Of a stretch of DNA of 64,000 bases, positions 17,850 through 33,643 are shown piece by piece; positions within the stretch are counted from its first letter, which is position 1; every line of letters starts with the position of its first letter. The translations under genes and the position numbers were made by a program. Below the pieces are notes generated by a model. The model did not search any database. It worked only from the letters and a program-made list of their open reading frames with translations, and was not told where the DNA came from. The DNA lies in assembly GCF_009914755.1 (NCBI RefSeq), contig NC_060937.1; one strand, written 5' to 3'. The stretch comes from the human T2T-CHM13v2.0 reference genome, Homo sapiens.

Positions 17850-18132
17850 TGTTGGAGTTTGTTTGTTTTTTGGCCAGGCTGGAGTGCAGTGGTGTGATCT
17901 CGGCTCACTGTAACCTCTATCTCCTGGGCTCAAGCTGTCTTCTCACCTCTGTCTCCAGAGTAGCTGGAACTAAGGTATGCACCATGCTCGGCTAAATTTT
18001 TTTTTTTTTTTCCGTGGAGATGGAGATTTGCCATCTTGCCCAGACTGGTCTCTAACCCCTGAGCTCAAGCGATCTACATACCGTGGCCTCCGAAACTGCT
18101 GGGATTACATGTGTGAACCACCATGCCTGACC
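17850..18132 (-). mobile_element. AluJ-type
   Basis: Diverged antisense Alu dimer. Confidence 0.88.
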
Positions 18133-18196
18133 TCAGTTAACTAATTTTTTTTTATTCAGCTTAAACATAACTTCCTCAAGGAAACATTCCATGACC

Positions 18197-18985
18197 CTTG
18201 TACACTGTTGGTGGGAATGTAAATTAGTACAATCATTATGGAGAACAGTTTGGAGGTTCCTCAGAAAACTAAAAATACAGCTACCATACAATCCAGTAAT
18301 CCTACTGCTGGGTACATACCCAAAAGAATGGAAATCAGTATATCAAAGGCACATCTGCATTCCCATGTGTTGTTGCAGCACTGTTCACAATAGCCAAGAC
18401 TTGGAAGCAACCTAAGTGTCCATCAACAGATGAGTCGATAAAGAAAATAAAGTACTATTCAGCCATACAAAAGAATGGAGTACTATTCAGCCATAGAAAG
18501 AATGAGATTCTGTCATTTGCAACAACATGGATGGAACTGGAGGTCACTATGTTAAGTGAAATGTCAGGCACAGAAAGACAAACATCACATATTCTCATTT
18601 ACTTGTGGGATATAAAAATGAAAACAATTGAACTCATGGAATAGAGAATAGAATGATGGTAACCAGAGGCTGGGAAGGGCGGTGGGGAGGTTGGGGGGAG
18701 GTGGGGATAGTTAATAGGTACAAAAAATAGAAATAATACAACCTAGTACCTGACATCACAACAGAGAGACTATAGTCGATAATAATTTAATTGTATATTA
18801 AAAAATAACTGAAAGAATATAACTGGATTGTTTGTAACACCAAGGATAGATACTTGAAGGGATGGATACTCCATTTTCTATGATGTGATTACTATGCATT
18901 GTTATGCCTGTACCAAAATATCTCATGTACCCCATAAATATATACACTTGCTATGGGGTATGTACCCACAAAATTTTTTTTTAAA
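18197..18985 (+). mobile_element. 5'-truncated L1 (L1MA2-like) inserted in an L2
   Basis: tacactgttggtgggaatgtaaattagtac...ggattgtttgtaacac...catgtaccccataaatatatac; small tandem duplication at ~18450-18505. Confidence 0.85.
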
Positions 18986-19271
18986 AAGTTCCCTTATCTC
19001 CTGACTGGATTCGAACTTCCCCTTTTGATGCTTCTGTGGCACCTTGTTCATTCCTTTGCATACTCAGAGCCCGTGTAATCATTTATTCAATTTCTGTGAT
19101 ACCTACTGGTTATAGGCTCCTTGAGGACAGGAATCATTGGCGTCTTTTTTGCTCTCTAGCCCTAGCCTCAAACACAGTACCAGCATAAAGTGCTTCATAA
19201 ATAAATAATGAATTAATGAGCAACCATTGCAATGTCTCCTGACAAATATCCTTTTTTTGGGGGGGTGGTGG

Positions 19272-19425
19272 TTTTTTGAGACAGGATCTTGCTCTATCAC
19301 CCAGGTTGAAGTGCAGTGGTGCAATCATAGCTCTCTGTAGCCTCAAACTACTGGGCTCAAGCAATCCTCCCACCTTGGCCTCCCAAAGTGCTGGGAGTAC
19401 AGGCATGAGCCACCACACCCAGCCT
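19272..19425 (-). mobile_element. Alu monomer (FRAM-like or left/right-arm recombinant)
   Basis: Right-arm 3' end joined directly to a left-arm-type 5' end. Confidence 0.8.
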
Positions 19426-19433
19426 ATATGTGA

Positions 19434-19785
<352 letters not shown>

Positions 19786-21504
19786 TAAAATATTGCTGCA
19801 TCTGTTTTCTCATAACATGCAGTCAGGACACACCAGAATTCACTCATTCCCCAACTATTTATTGAGGAACTAATATGTGTGAGGCATTATGCCAGGTACC
19901 TGGAGTCAACAGTGATAGAGTGTATATCTCCCTCATCCTAGGAGAGAATCTATGTAATTTCCTGTGATATAGAAAGAGAATACCTACCATTCACTTGCCT
20001 AGGGAAATCAATACTTTCTGTACTGGCTGTCCTCTTTATACGACAATATTATCTGCATATGCATTTGCATTTGCTATCCTTTTCTATTTGTATGAAGCCC
20101 ATAACAAAAATATCTTTGTCAACATCAAAATGACACAGTCTCAATAACGTATTCCAAGTTACTTCTGGTGAGACTCATTTGGTTGCAAGCAACATAAACT
20201 CTTCAAGATAGCTTTAAGTTAAGGGAATTTATATGAAGATACAAATAATAGGGAAGATTAACTGTCTCTGAAATTTTGAAACAAAAGCCGTTATAGGGAC
20301 TGGATCGAGAGAGGGTTTCTAGATCTGTGGCTGCTCTAGGGACTTGAGCTGCCACTCAGACATTCCTACACCTTGGCATTCTACCCTCTAGGGCTCTAGT
20401 TTTGGTATGACTTTATCTACCAACTGGGTTCTTTTATTCTTGTCCTAGTACCAACTGTTCTACTTACTCAGTTTCCGCTTCTTTGTAACTTTGGCTGGAA
20501 CACAGCCATTTCTTCTTAACGTCCCTACTCTATTCTTTTCAGTGTTTGTCCTGTGACCTTTTCTGTGTTTGTCACTAGCACAAATTGACTACATTTCTCC
20601 TTATCTAAGTCCAAGTTTTCAAGACAGAGCACTTCACTACCCCAGTTCATTTTAATGCACCAGAGGTTGCTGGCTGGCCAGTGGATTGCCTTCCCTCAGG
20701 TCAGGTTCCCTTTCTCATCAGATCAGCAGATGCCAGAAAATAAGCATGGCATGCCACAAGATGTGGCTGGTGCTCCACTGACTCACACTTGCAGGGCTGT
20801 GGAGAGCGGATTTCTGTAGCATGAAACTTGGGCAATGCATATGCAAGAGAAACTAATCTTATTTTCAGGCAGACTTTGAAGATTGACAGATTAGTGGTTT
20901 ATTTATTGTAATCTTTAAATATGAAATAATTTCTTTAATTGGCAAAAACCATACCCATATTGAAGTCAGAAATATGGAATGTCACTTTGGTGCACTTGTT
21001 AAAATTCTGAGGAAGCGGAATGCAAAGAGAATAGGATCTTCTGGTCAAATGACTTCCTTGGTTCATAATAATCATTCACCCAGTGAGAATTTATTGAGTA
21101 TTTACTATGCACCAGGCACAGTTCTAGACCTGCGATTACAGAAACACATAAGATAGATATGGCCCCTGTCCTTTTGTATATCAACTATTGATATTTTTAA
21201 AGTCTTAAATGTATTGGTCTATTCTCTGAAGTAAATAGATTTAACGTAGTTGGAGTTTTCTTGATGACTGAAAATGTTAAAAATAATCTTATTGAAGATT
21301 GACATAGATTTAATACAATAGAGAAGACAGGGGAAGCTGGACTGGCAATCCCACAAGATTCTTCAGGAAATTGCTGTTTAAAAATGCCATCTCTTGGATT
21401 AGCTGGTTGGCCTTAATTTCTATCATTCCTTTATATTTCACATACAGAGATAAAAAGAATGTTTATTGAAGTTCCGGTGAAAATTAATTTTGAGTAATTG
21501 AGGG

Positions 21505-21895
21505 AATATGGTTTGGATGGTCCCCAATGTTGAAGATGGGGCCTGGTGGGAGGTGTTTGGGTTATGGGGGAAGATTCCTTATGAATGGCTTGGTGCTCTC
21601 CTCATGGTAATGAGCATGTTCTTGCTCTGAGTTCAAGCAAGATCTGTTGTTTAAAAGAATATGGTATGTCCTCCCCCTCTCTTTCTTGCTTCCTCTCTTG
21701 CCATATGACATGCCTGCTCCCCCTTCACCTTCCACCATGATTGGAAGCTTCCTGAGGCCCTCTCCGGGAGGAGATGCTGGTACCATGCTTCCTGTACAGC
21801 CTGCAGACGGACGTGCGAGCCTATTAAATCTCTTTTCATTATAAATTACCGAGTCTCCAGGATTTCTTTACAGCAATGCAAAAATGAACTAACAC
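21505..21895 (+). mobile_element. MST (MSTA/B) LTR
   Basis: atatggtttggatg...gggcctggtgggaggtg...aagcttcctgaggcc...aactaacaca. Confidence 0.85.
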
Positions 21896-21970
21896 ATTAG
21901 GTTTTACTTCATTTTTATTTTAAGTGATTTTAATTTTTATTTTATTAATTTTAATTACACACAATACTTA

Positions 21971-23694
<1,724 letters not shown>

Positions 23695-23695
23695 A

Positions 23696-24290
23696 AATCC
23701 ATACAAAGGATCAACAAAACCAAAAGCTGGTTCTTTTAACGAACAAACAAGATCGATAGACCACTACTAGATTAATAAAGAAAAAAAGAGATAAGATCCA
23801 AATAAGTGCAATCAGAAATTTCAAAGGTGACATCAAAACCAATCCCATAGAAATACAAAGGCTCTTCAGAGACTATTATGAACATCTCTATGTACACAAA
23901 CTAGAAAATCTAGAAGAAATAGACTTCTATAAACACACAACCTTCCAAGACTGAGGCAGGAAGAAACCAAAACCAGAACAGACGAATATTGAGTTCTGAA
24001 ATTGAATCAGTTAATAAAAAACCTACGAACCAAAAAGAGCCCTGGACCAGTTGGATTCACAGCTGAATTGTACCAGACATACAAAAAACAGCTGGTACCA
24101 AACCTACTGAAACGATTCCAAAAAATGGAAGAAGAGAGACTCCTCCCAAACTCATTATACAAAGCCAGCATCACTCTGATACCAAAATCTGACAAAGACA
24201 CAACAAAAAAGAAAGCTACAGACCAATATCCCTGATGAACATAGATACAAAAATCCTCAACAAAGTATTAGCAAACCACATCCAACAGCC
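23696..24290 (+). mobile_element. Internal L1 ORF2 fragment (primate L1PA/PB type), no tail
   Basis: ORF 24002..24235 ([18 protein letters not shown]...[15 protein letters not shown]) matches the ORF2 region just upstream of the RT domain. Confidence 0.9.
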
Positions 24291-24517
24291 GTTCTTATTC
24301 TAGATGCAATATCTTAATGTACTGAGGGTATTTATTGTTTTAGCTTTTTGTCTTTAAATAATTATAGATTCAAATTTACAAAGATAGTACAGGGAGGCTG
24401 CAAGTACCCTTCACCCAGTTTCCCACAATGGTTACATCTTACATACTTATAATGCAATATCAAAATCAGGAAATTGACATTGGGGCAATGCACATGTATA
24501 GTTCTATGTCACATCAC

Positions 24518-24825
24518 TGTTGTAGGACTCTCTCCTTAGTTCAGCTAAAGACGAGGTCCCTGTCACATGGCCATGAAAAATTAGGCTTACAGACAATTTG
24601 AAGGGTGAGAATAATGGAATTCATTGGGCAAAAAGGAAAAAAGGGAAACAGGGCCTCTCCACAAATCTAGAGTCCCTGCTAGTGTGCTTCCTGCGTCACA
24701 GATTGAATTCCAGGTTCCACCCAGGAAGAGGAGGGGCCAAGCTCCTCCCTGATGCAAACGGCGGAACTCCAGTGCACTGATCAGTTGGGATTGCTTTGGG
24801 GACCCCTTCCCACCTGGCTGTGTCA
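24518..24825 (-). mobile_element. Solo ERV1 LTR (MER4-group, MER61-like) with 4-bp TSD
   Basis: TG...CA termini flanked by TCAC on both sides (24514-24517 and 24826-24829). Inserted in an L1MC-like 3' end spanning ~24350-24890. Confidence 0.75.
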
Positions 24826-25406
24826 TCACCACAAAGATCTCCCTCATGCTATCCCTTAATAGACACACCCTCACTCCCCCCACCACAGAATATTAAAATT
24901 AATTTTTTTTTCTGTTTTCAGCCTGGTATTTTTTCTTCATGTTCCATTTTTTTCTGTACTTTTTTTTTCTAGTGCTCTTTCATTTTGAAAGCTACCTACA
25001 AATGTCTGGCAGTCTTGCCTATTATTCATATTCAAGCATGAAGCGAATTGCAGGGTCAGCTTGTGCATAAGTTGTAGGGCCCACCAAAGGGAGATCAGTC
25101 GGTACATCAACTTCTTCATTGCCAAAGGGTCCTGCAAATGTTGGTGCCTGAGATGTTTTCTCTAGATTCATTCACATAGTCCAGAGAAGATGCTTCCAAT
25201 CTCCCCAGGGATGGGGAGAATTGTAAGCCTGACTGCTAGCTTCCTTAAAGCAGAGCGTTGTGGGAGGGTATTGAGAGTCTACTATTCAATGTGCAGATTT
25301 CAAGTTAATTTCCTTGTTTTCAACTTCTACCCATCTATTCTCACTCACATTCATCATTATTCTCCTGAACTTCTCAAGTTCAGTTTCCATAGAGAATAAA
25401 CCTCCA

Positions 25407-26044
<638 letters not shown>

Positions 26045-27379
26045 CTAATCACTCCACATACAGCCTTCCAGAAAATGCCCCATTCCCACCTTTGCCTCAT
26101 GGCACCTCACACCTGTGTTAAGCCTTTTTGTGCCTCTGAAGAGGAATCACTCATTTCTCATCAAACTTCCCCTCTGTAGACGCCAACATTGTTACAAATC
26201 TTCCATCAACCAGATTTTTTGTTGAAATTTTTCTCACCAGATGCTGTTTCATATTCAATCCACTTTGTCCTCTTGGACTTCTGTATTTTTTTTACTTCCT
26301 TTATAGATATTTTATTAAGGTTCTAGGAGGGTGGGTGAAAGCACATTTAGTTTGCCATGGTTATGCAGCATACAACAATCTTTTTTAAAAAAATATTTAT
26401 ATATATGATGAAAATGGAACTTTTGTCTTACATAATTTCAAATATAGAAGTAATGCGAGATCGTATTTCATAAAAGGTATCACAAAAAAGATTTTCACTG
26501 TTTCAGAAGATAGTAATATTTTTGCCTCATTCATCTTTAAAACTTTATTGGGTGATATGTGGTTCTATCTTCCACACATATTTACCCCAATTTTCTGCTA
26601 TTGCAATATCAAAGTTGTGAAATTTGACAGGAAATGTGAGGGAAGGCTACGTTGAAATGAGCTCTAGACAAGATGTCCTTTTGCTTCTAGAGTTTAGCAC
26701 CTCTAACAAAAGGTAGGGACCCTCATGGCTCTTTCTTTTAGGATCCTTGGAAGACTATTTGAATGATCGATGATTTTTGTCGGCTCTTGTCTCCCGTGTC
26801 TTCTAGAGTCAGGCTGCTTCTCACTGACCAAGGCCCAGGGGTGTCAAGCAGCAGGGAGGAAGCTGGGTACAGGGGTTATTAAATTGAAAAGCTGACTTTG
26901 AAAAATACAAGTAAGCTCTCCTGAAGTTTCAAGTCTGGCAGCAAGCATGGAGGCAAGAGAGAGAACTCTCCAGGAGGAAAGAAGTTAGCAAGAATGAGAA
27001 TAAACACAAAAGTAGACATTAATGGAGAGTGAAAGACAATGGAGAAAGTATAAGATGAAACTGAAAGCAAGATGGAAGACAGAACATATACCAAGCAGGA
27101 AGAAAGCAAATATTGATCTGAACAGAACTAAAGTTAGCACATTTATTTATTTAATAAATATTCAGTAAGTATCTATTGAGCAGCCACTATGTACAAGCTT
27201 TGTAGAGGAGAAACTAAAATAGACCAACAAACATTTTTTGAAAAAGAGAGGAAGGAAGGAATATCAGATAGTGGGAATTAAAATAGGTTGATATAGTTAA
27301 GAAGAACAAGGTGGCTCCAGATGTTTAAGCTCAAATTTGAATGACAAGAAGAAGCCAGCCCTGCGGAAGTCATGATAAA

Positions 27380-28110
27380 TAATCAGCAAAATGCGAGTGA
27401 GACTGCCACAAGATATCATTTACACCTACCAGACTGACAAGACTTGAAAAGTTAAGTGATACCAAATATTGACAAGGGTAGAGGGCAATAGGAATGCTCC
27501 TTCACTGATAATAAGACTGTAAATTGGTATAACCACTTTGAAATCAATTTCATGTTACTTAAAAAAAGGAATATGCTTATATCCTAGAACCCGCAAGTCT
27601 ATACCTAGTTATATAGAATCAATCTTGCACATGTGTATTAGGAGATATGTTTCAGAAAGTTTAGTTTATTGTAATAGCAAAAAGCTGGGAAACTTCAAAT
27701 GTCCATCAACAGTAGAACAGATAATTGTATTTTGGTATTTTGATGTAATGAAATACTACACAGCTGTGAAAATGGATGAATTACAGCTTTACACACCAAC
27801 ATGATGAATCTTAGGAACATAAAGCAAAGTGAAAAAGCAAGTGGCAGAAGTATTGTGATTCCACTAACATTCAATCCAAACAACATATTGCTTAGAGATA
27901 GAAACAGATGTAGGAAAACTATAATGAAAAGCAAGAGGATCTCAACACAAAATTTAGGCTAGTGTTTATCTCAGACTAAGTAGGAGAGGGGCTGAGATCA
28001 GGAAGGAATTCACAGATTTTATGGTAAATGATTGAAATGGTTAGCAGGTCCATGAATGTAAGATATGTTGTCATTCTGTAAACATGATGTGCATTTTATA
28101 AATATAGCAT
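27380..28110 (+). mobile_element. Old L1ME-like 3' region
   Basis: gtaaattggtataaccactttg...caaatgtccatcaacagtagaa...atgatgaatctt. Confidence 0.65.
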
Positions 28111-28305
28111 TAGTTCATAAATTAATGGATTAATAATTAATCCATTAATTGTAAACATATTTACTATAAATTATTTTAATTATTTTGTCTTTACATATAA
28201 TAATATAATTAACTTATATTATTATAAATAAGAATATAAATTATTTTATTATTATAATTATGGATCAATAATTCATTAATTAATGTATGGATTAATTATT
28301 AACTA
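28111..28305. repeat. AT-rich low-complexity tract containing a perfect palindrome
   Basis: Seen directly. Confidence 0.85.
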
Positions 28306-29337
28306 GATGTTTAAAAGTGTTTTTAACCAAGACCAAAACAATGCAAGGAGAACATTCTGGGCAGAGGAGACATCAAGTATGAAGGCCATAAAATGGGACA
28401 AGCTGGATGCCTCCCAGGATAGGAGAGAGGCCAGCATGGCTGGAACAAAGTAAGCAGGGCAGGGTAGAGAAAAATGAGGTTGGAGTGGCTGAAGTACATA
28501 GGGCTATTGATGGTGAGAGAACACAAGTTTCAAGATATCAAGGACTCAAAAATGTCAAATCGCCTGAGTGAGGCGAGAAGAGTGAATGGGCTGGAGGTAA
28601 TAGGATGGTGCTCAGATGGTGAGAGGTTTGGAGCTGAGGTTTCAGAGGTGATGCAATGATTGGTAATGACAATGTCACGATTTCAGGAGTGTGTGATTTC
28701 AGGAGTGCATGGATGAGGTATGTGGAAAAACAAAATACTATAGGCAAGGAGGTTAAGAAAGTAGAAGGCAGGGTGGGGGCAGTCACCCACATGGGTGAAG
28801 GGTCTGGACAAGCCTAACAAGTTGCTTGTACAGCAGTCACGTTGGTTGACCACAGAGCCACCTTTCCCACCACCTACCACACCTGCCACCTGATCCAACT
28901 CTGACTCCTAGTCTTCAGCTTCCACGAATGAATGGGAGTTCAGATAGGTAAGTAAGCCTGAATGGTAGCATGCATAAACTTCAAGAGGCAGCATTGTGTG
29001 AGGGGACAAACACACTGGCCCCAGGTGGGCAGGAGGCTAGGCAGTGGGCCACGTGGTCTCTTCTCATGGGATTTCACATCGGCAGTGAGCTTCCTAAACT
29101 CACAAATGGTATGTTTATATTCCTTTTTTGGGAATGGTGACAGAGATGAGCCTCATGCCTGTATCTGATACAGGGCCAAAGCATGATGGCACACACAGGT
29201 GTAGAAACCTAGAAGAAGATAAAAGCAGGAGAAGTCAGGCCCAGAAACTCTTAGAATACAAGGGGACCCCTTGAGGGGTCACAGGTCCTGAGAAGGAGGT
29301 ACCTGTTTAGACTAACCATGCCTGTGATAAGCAGAGG

Positions 29338-29688
29338 GTGTCTTAGTCTGTTTGGGCTGCTATAATAAATACCATAGATGGGGTGACTTATAAGCAAGAA
29401 ACATTTATTTCTCACAGTTCTGGAGGCTTGGAAGTCCAAGATCAAGGCACTGGCAGATTCCATGTTGGGTGAGGGCCCATTTCCTGGCTCAAACATGTTG
29501 CTTTCTAGCTGTGTCCTCACATGGTGATATAAATGGGCAAGGCAGCTCTCTAGAACTTCCATTAAAAGCACACTCATCTCATAATCACCTACCAATGACT
29601 TCACTTCCTGGGAATTGGCTTGTGACCATTGCCTTGTGGGTATAACATATGAATTTTCAGGGGACATAAACATTATATATCCATCAGA
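29338..29688 (-). mobile_element. MLT1A-type LTR
   Basis: gtcttagtctgtttgggctgctataa...atttatttctcacagttctggaggc...ggggacataaacatt. Confidence 0.82.
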
Positions 29689-30772
29689 TATAACCTCTCA
29701 TTTGTCCAAAAAGGGAACTGGGTCTCAAAGAGGTTAAATAATTTGCCCAAGATCATTCACTTGCCAAAATGGCAGGAGCAGGATTTGAACGTAGGCCCAC
29801 TGGACTCCAAACATGTGATCTTCACCATTCACTGGCAACAAGAGGAGGAAAATACTTCCACTGAGTTCTAAAGGCTGAGTAAAATTATCCAGAAAAAGGA
29901 AGAGAAGGTAAGAGGTGGAGGAAGTGGTACCAGGCAGAGGGAGCCCAGGAATGAGCAGAGCCAAGAATGTGAGAGAGTATGATGTGTCCAGGTACCTGCA
30001 AAGGCCACACACAAGACCACTATGTTCCCAACACAACACATGTTCTCACCTCCAAGCAAGTGAGCTGTTCCTTCCTTCCAGAATTCCTCCCTGTCAGCCT
30101 TTAGGTCAATAACTTTTCCTTGTTCTTCAAAATTTATTTCAAGTGTTAATTTTTCCAGGTTTTCTCAAAGGCCTAGGAATTGGCTAGGGGCTCTTTGCAC
30201 TCCAGCAAGGTGTTGGTCTGCATTTTCCCTGCAGGAGAAAGATGAGAGAATTTAAGAAGCTGTGTCTCCCTGTGCATAAAAGGATACAGCCTCACTTCTA
30301 TGAGGTTCCTTCCAAGAATATAACATGATTGCCACCATGAGGAAACATCAGGAAAACCCAGATTGAAGGATCTACTACAAAATAACTCATCTCTCAGAAT
30401 CATGAAAGAAAGAAAAATCAAGGATTTGACCCACATTAAAGGAGATTAAAGGGTTATGACAAAAAATGCAATGTGTGATTTTGAATTAGAAGTGGCAAAT
30501 TTTGAATTAGAACACAAGTGGCAAATTTTGAATAATGTATATATTTTTAAAAACATAATACTATCATATCAATGTTAATTTTCTGATTTTGATCACTGAA
30601 GTCTCACTGTGTAAAAGAATATCCTTATCTTTCAGAAATACCCATTGAAATATAAAAATATTTGGAGGTAAAGAAACTTCATTTCTGCATCCTAGACTCA
30701 CACATCTCAGAAGTACAAATATGCACACACACACATACACACACATAGAGAAGTTCACACGAATGTGAACAT

Positions 30773-32510
30773 TTGTACTACCCAAAGCAATTTAAAGATT
30801 CAATGCAATCCCTATCAAAATATCAATGACATTCTTTACAGAAATAGAGAAAAAAATTCTAAAATTTGTATGGAACCACAAAAGACTCTGAATAACCAAA
30901 GCAATCCTGAACAAAATGAACAAAGCTGGAGACATCATACTACCAGATTTCAAACTATGCTACTAAGCTGTAGCAACAAAACAACATAGTACTGGTGTAA
31001 CAACAGACACATAGACCAATGGAATAGAATAAAGAACCTGGAAATCAATCCATGTATCTACAGCCAGTGGATTTTTGACAAAAGTACCAAGAACATTGAC
31101 TAAGGAAAGGACAGTCTCTTCAACAAATTGTTCTGGGAAAACAGAATATCCACATGCAGAAGAAAAACTAGAATCCTACCTATCACCCTATATAAATATC
31201 AACTCAAAATGGATCAAAGACCTAAATGGAAGACCTGAAACTATAAAACTACTAGAATAAACAATGGGGAACCACTTCAGGACATTGATCTGGGAAAAGA
31301 TTATATGAATAAGATCTCAAAAGCACAGGCAACAAAAGCAAGAATAAACACCAGAGATTATGTTACACTAAAAAGCTTCTGCATAGAAAAGGAAACAATC
31401 AACAGAGTGAAGAGACAGTCTACAGAATGGGATATAATATTTGCAAACTATTCATCGACAGGGGTTAATATCCAGAAGATACAAGTAACTCAAACATCTG
31501 AACAGCAAAAATTCATCTAATTCAACTAAACAATTCAATTAATAAATGAGTAAATGATCTCAACAGACATTTGCTCAAAAGGCATACAAATGGCCAACAA
31601 ATATATGAAAAAATGTTTAACATCACTAATTTCCCTGATGAGGGAAATGCATATCAAACTCACAGTGAAGCATCATCTCACCCCAGTTAGGATAACTATT
31701 ATTAAAAAGACAGAAAATAACAAATGCTGTTGAGGATGAGGTGAAAATGGAACTCATATACACTGTTGGTGGGAGTGTAAACTAGTCCAACCACTGTGGA
31801 GAACAGTGTAGAGGTTCCTCAAAAAACTACAAACAGAACCACCATATGATCCAGCAGTCTCACTACTGGGTATTTATTCAAAGGAAAGGAAATCAGTATA
31901 TTGATGAGACATGTGCACTTCCATGTTTATTACAGCACTTTTCACAACAGCCAAGATATGGAATCAATCAGGTGTACAACAGCAGATAAAGAAAATATGG
32001 CACATATACGTAATGGAATACTATTCAGCCATAAAAAGGATGAAATCCTGTCATTTGTGGCAACATAGGTGGAACTGGGGGACATTATATTAAGTGAAAT
32101 AAGCCAGAAACAGAAAGTTAAATACCACATGTTCTCACTCATGTGTGGAAGCTTAAAATGTTGATCTTACAGAAGTAGAAAGCAGAACAGAGAATACTAA
32201 TAGCTGGGAGAAGTAGAGATAAGGGAGTGATGGGAAGAGATTTGTTAAAGGATGCAAAACTACAGCTATACAGGAAGAACAAGCTCTAGTGTTCTATACC
32301 ATTGTAGAATCACTGTAGTTAACAATATTGTTTCACATAGCTAGGATGATATTAAATGTTCCCAACACAAAGAAATAATAAATGTTTGAGATGATGGATA
32401 TGCTTATTAACCCTGATCTGATCACTATATATTACATGTATCGCATCATTATGTGCCCCCAAAATATATACTATTATGTGTATTTTTTAAATTAAAAACA
32501 AATCAGTCAA
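30773..32510 (+). mobile_element. 5'-truncated L1 (L1MA5-like)
   Basis: ORF2 C-terminal remnants (ORFs at 31075 and 31305) plus a 3'UTR aligning by eye with 15830-17580. Confidence 0.88.
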
Positions 32511-33094
32511 TAATAAAGAATATCAGCAGTACCTTCAAAGGTCTGGAGTACCTCTCCCTGATCCTGTCTCCCACCCTCCATCTGTGACAACCACTATGTT
32601 GCATTATGTTCATCATTCACTTGCTTTGAAAAACAAAAACAAAAAACGTTTCTACCACCTATGGGTAGATCTCTAGTGTAAACAACGTAATGCTTGGCTT
32701 TGTCTGTGAAATTTATGTTAAGTGATCACTAATGAACGTCTTCCATGATTTGACTCTTTTGCTCAAGTTTGTTTTTAACATTTGTCAAATGTTAAAATTT
32801 GTACAATAGAATACAAACCCTAATTAGCCTTATGCTAATTAGCCATATGCTCATTAGGGTTTGTATTAGCTAATGTGGCTAATTACGGTTTGTATTGCAT
32901 TGCACAAATATGTCACAATTTCCTTAATCATAGAAATGTCAACATTTGGGGAATCTAAGCAAAAGGGTATGGGAATTTTCTGTACTACTTTTGCAACTTT
33001 CTCTAATTATGAAATGATTTTAAAGTAAAAAGTTTTTTCTAATTCCTCTTAGAGCTAAGGAAGAAGAGGGGAAGCAGAAGAAAAAGGAGGAAGA

Positions 33095-33410
33095 GGCCGG
33101 GACAGTGGCTCACGCCTATAATCCCAGCACTTTGGGAGGCCAAGGCGGGCGGATCACGAGGTCAGGAGATGAAGACCATCCTGGCTACCATGGTGAAACC
33201 CCGTCTCTACAAAAAAAAAAAAAAAAAAAAAAAAAATTTGCAGGGCGTGGTGGCGGGCGCCTGTAGTCCCAGCTACTCAGGAGGCTGAGGCAGGAGAATG
33301 GCGTGAACCCGGGAGGCGGAGCTTGTAGTGAGACCAGATGGGGCCACTGCACTCCAGCCTGGGCGACAGAGCAAGACTCCGTCTCAAAACAAAAAAAAAA
33401 AAAAAAAAGA
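33095..33410 (+). mobile_element. AluY with expanded central poly(A)
   Basis: Y diagnostics (gaccatcctggcta, ggagaatggcgtgaacccgggaggcggagcttg); TSD agaaaaaggagga; ~27 A in the linker. Confidence 0.93.
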
Positions 33411-33643
33411 AAAAGGAGGAGGAAGGAAGGAGATAAGAAAGAGGAAGAGAAGGAAAAAGACAAGAAACAGGAGGAGGAGGAAGACAAGAAAGAAGAGGGG
33501 GAGGGAGAGGAAGAGGAGGCGGAGAAGGAGGAAGAAAAAGACAAGAAGGGAGGAGGAGGGGAAAGAAGACAAGGAAGAGGAGGAAGAGAAGGAGGGAAAA
33601 GGAAGAGAAAAAGGACAATGAAGAGGGGAAGGAGGAGGAGGAG
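33410..33643 (+). repeat. GA-rich polypurine tract
   Basis: ~230 nt of almost pure purines (GAG/GAA/AAG). Confidence 0.9.

Noticed and set aside
24002-24235. ORF2-like peptide as an active or domesticated gene
   Set aside because: Short fragment flanked by stops and frameshifts, with no splice or promoter context.
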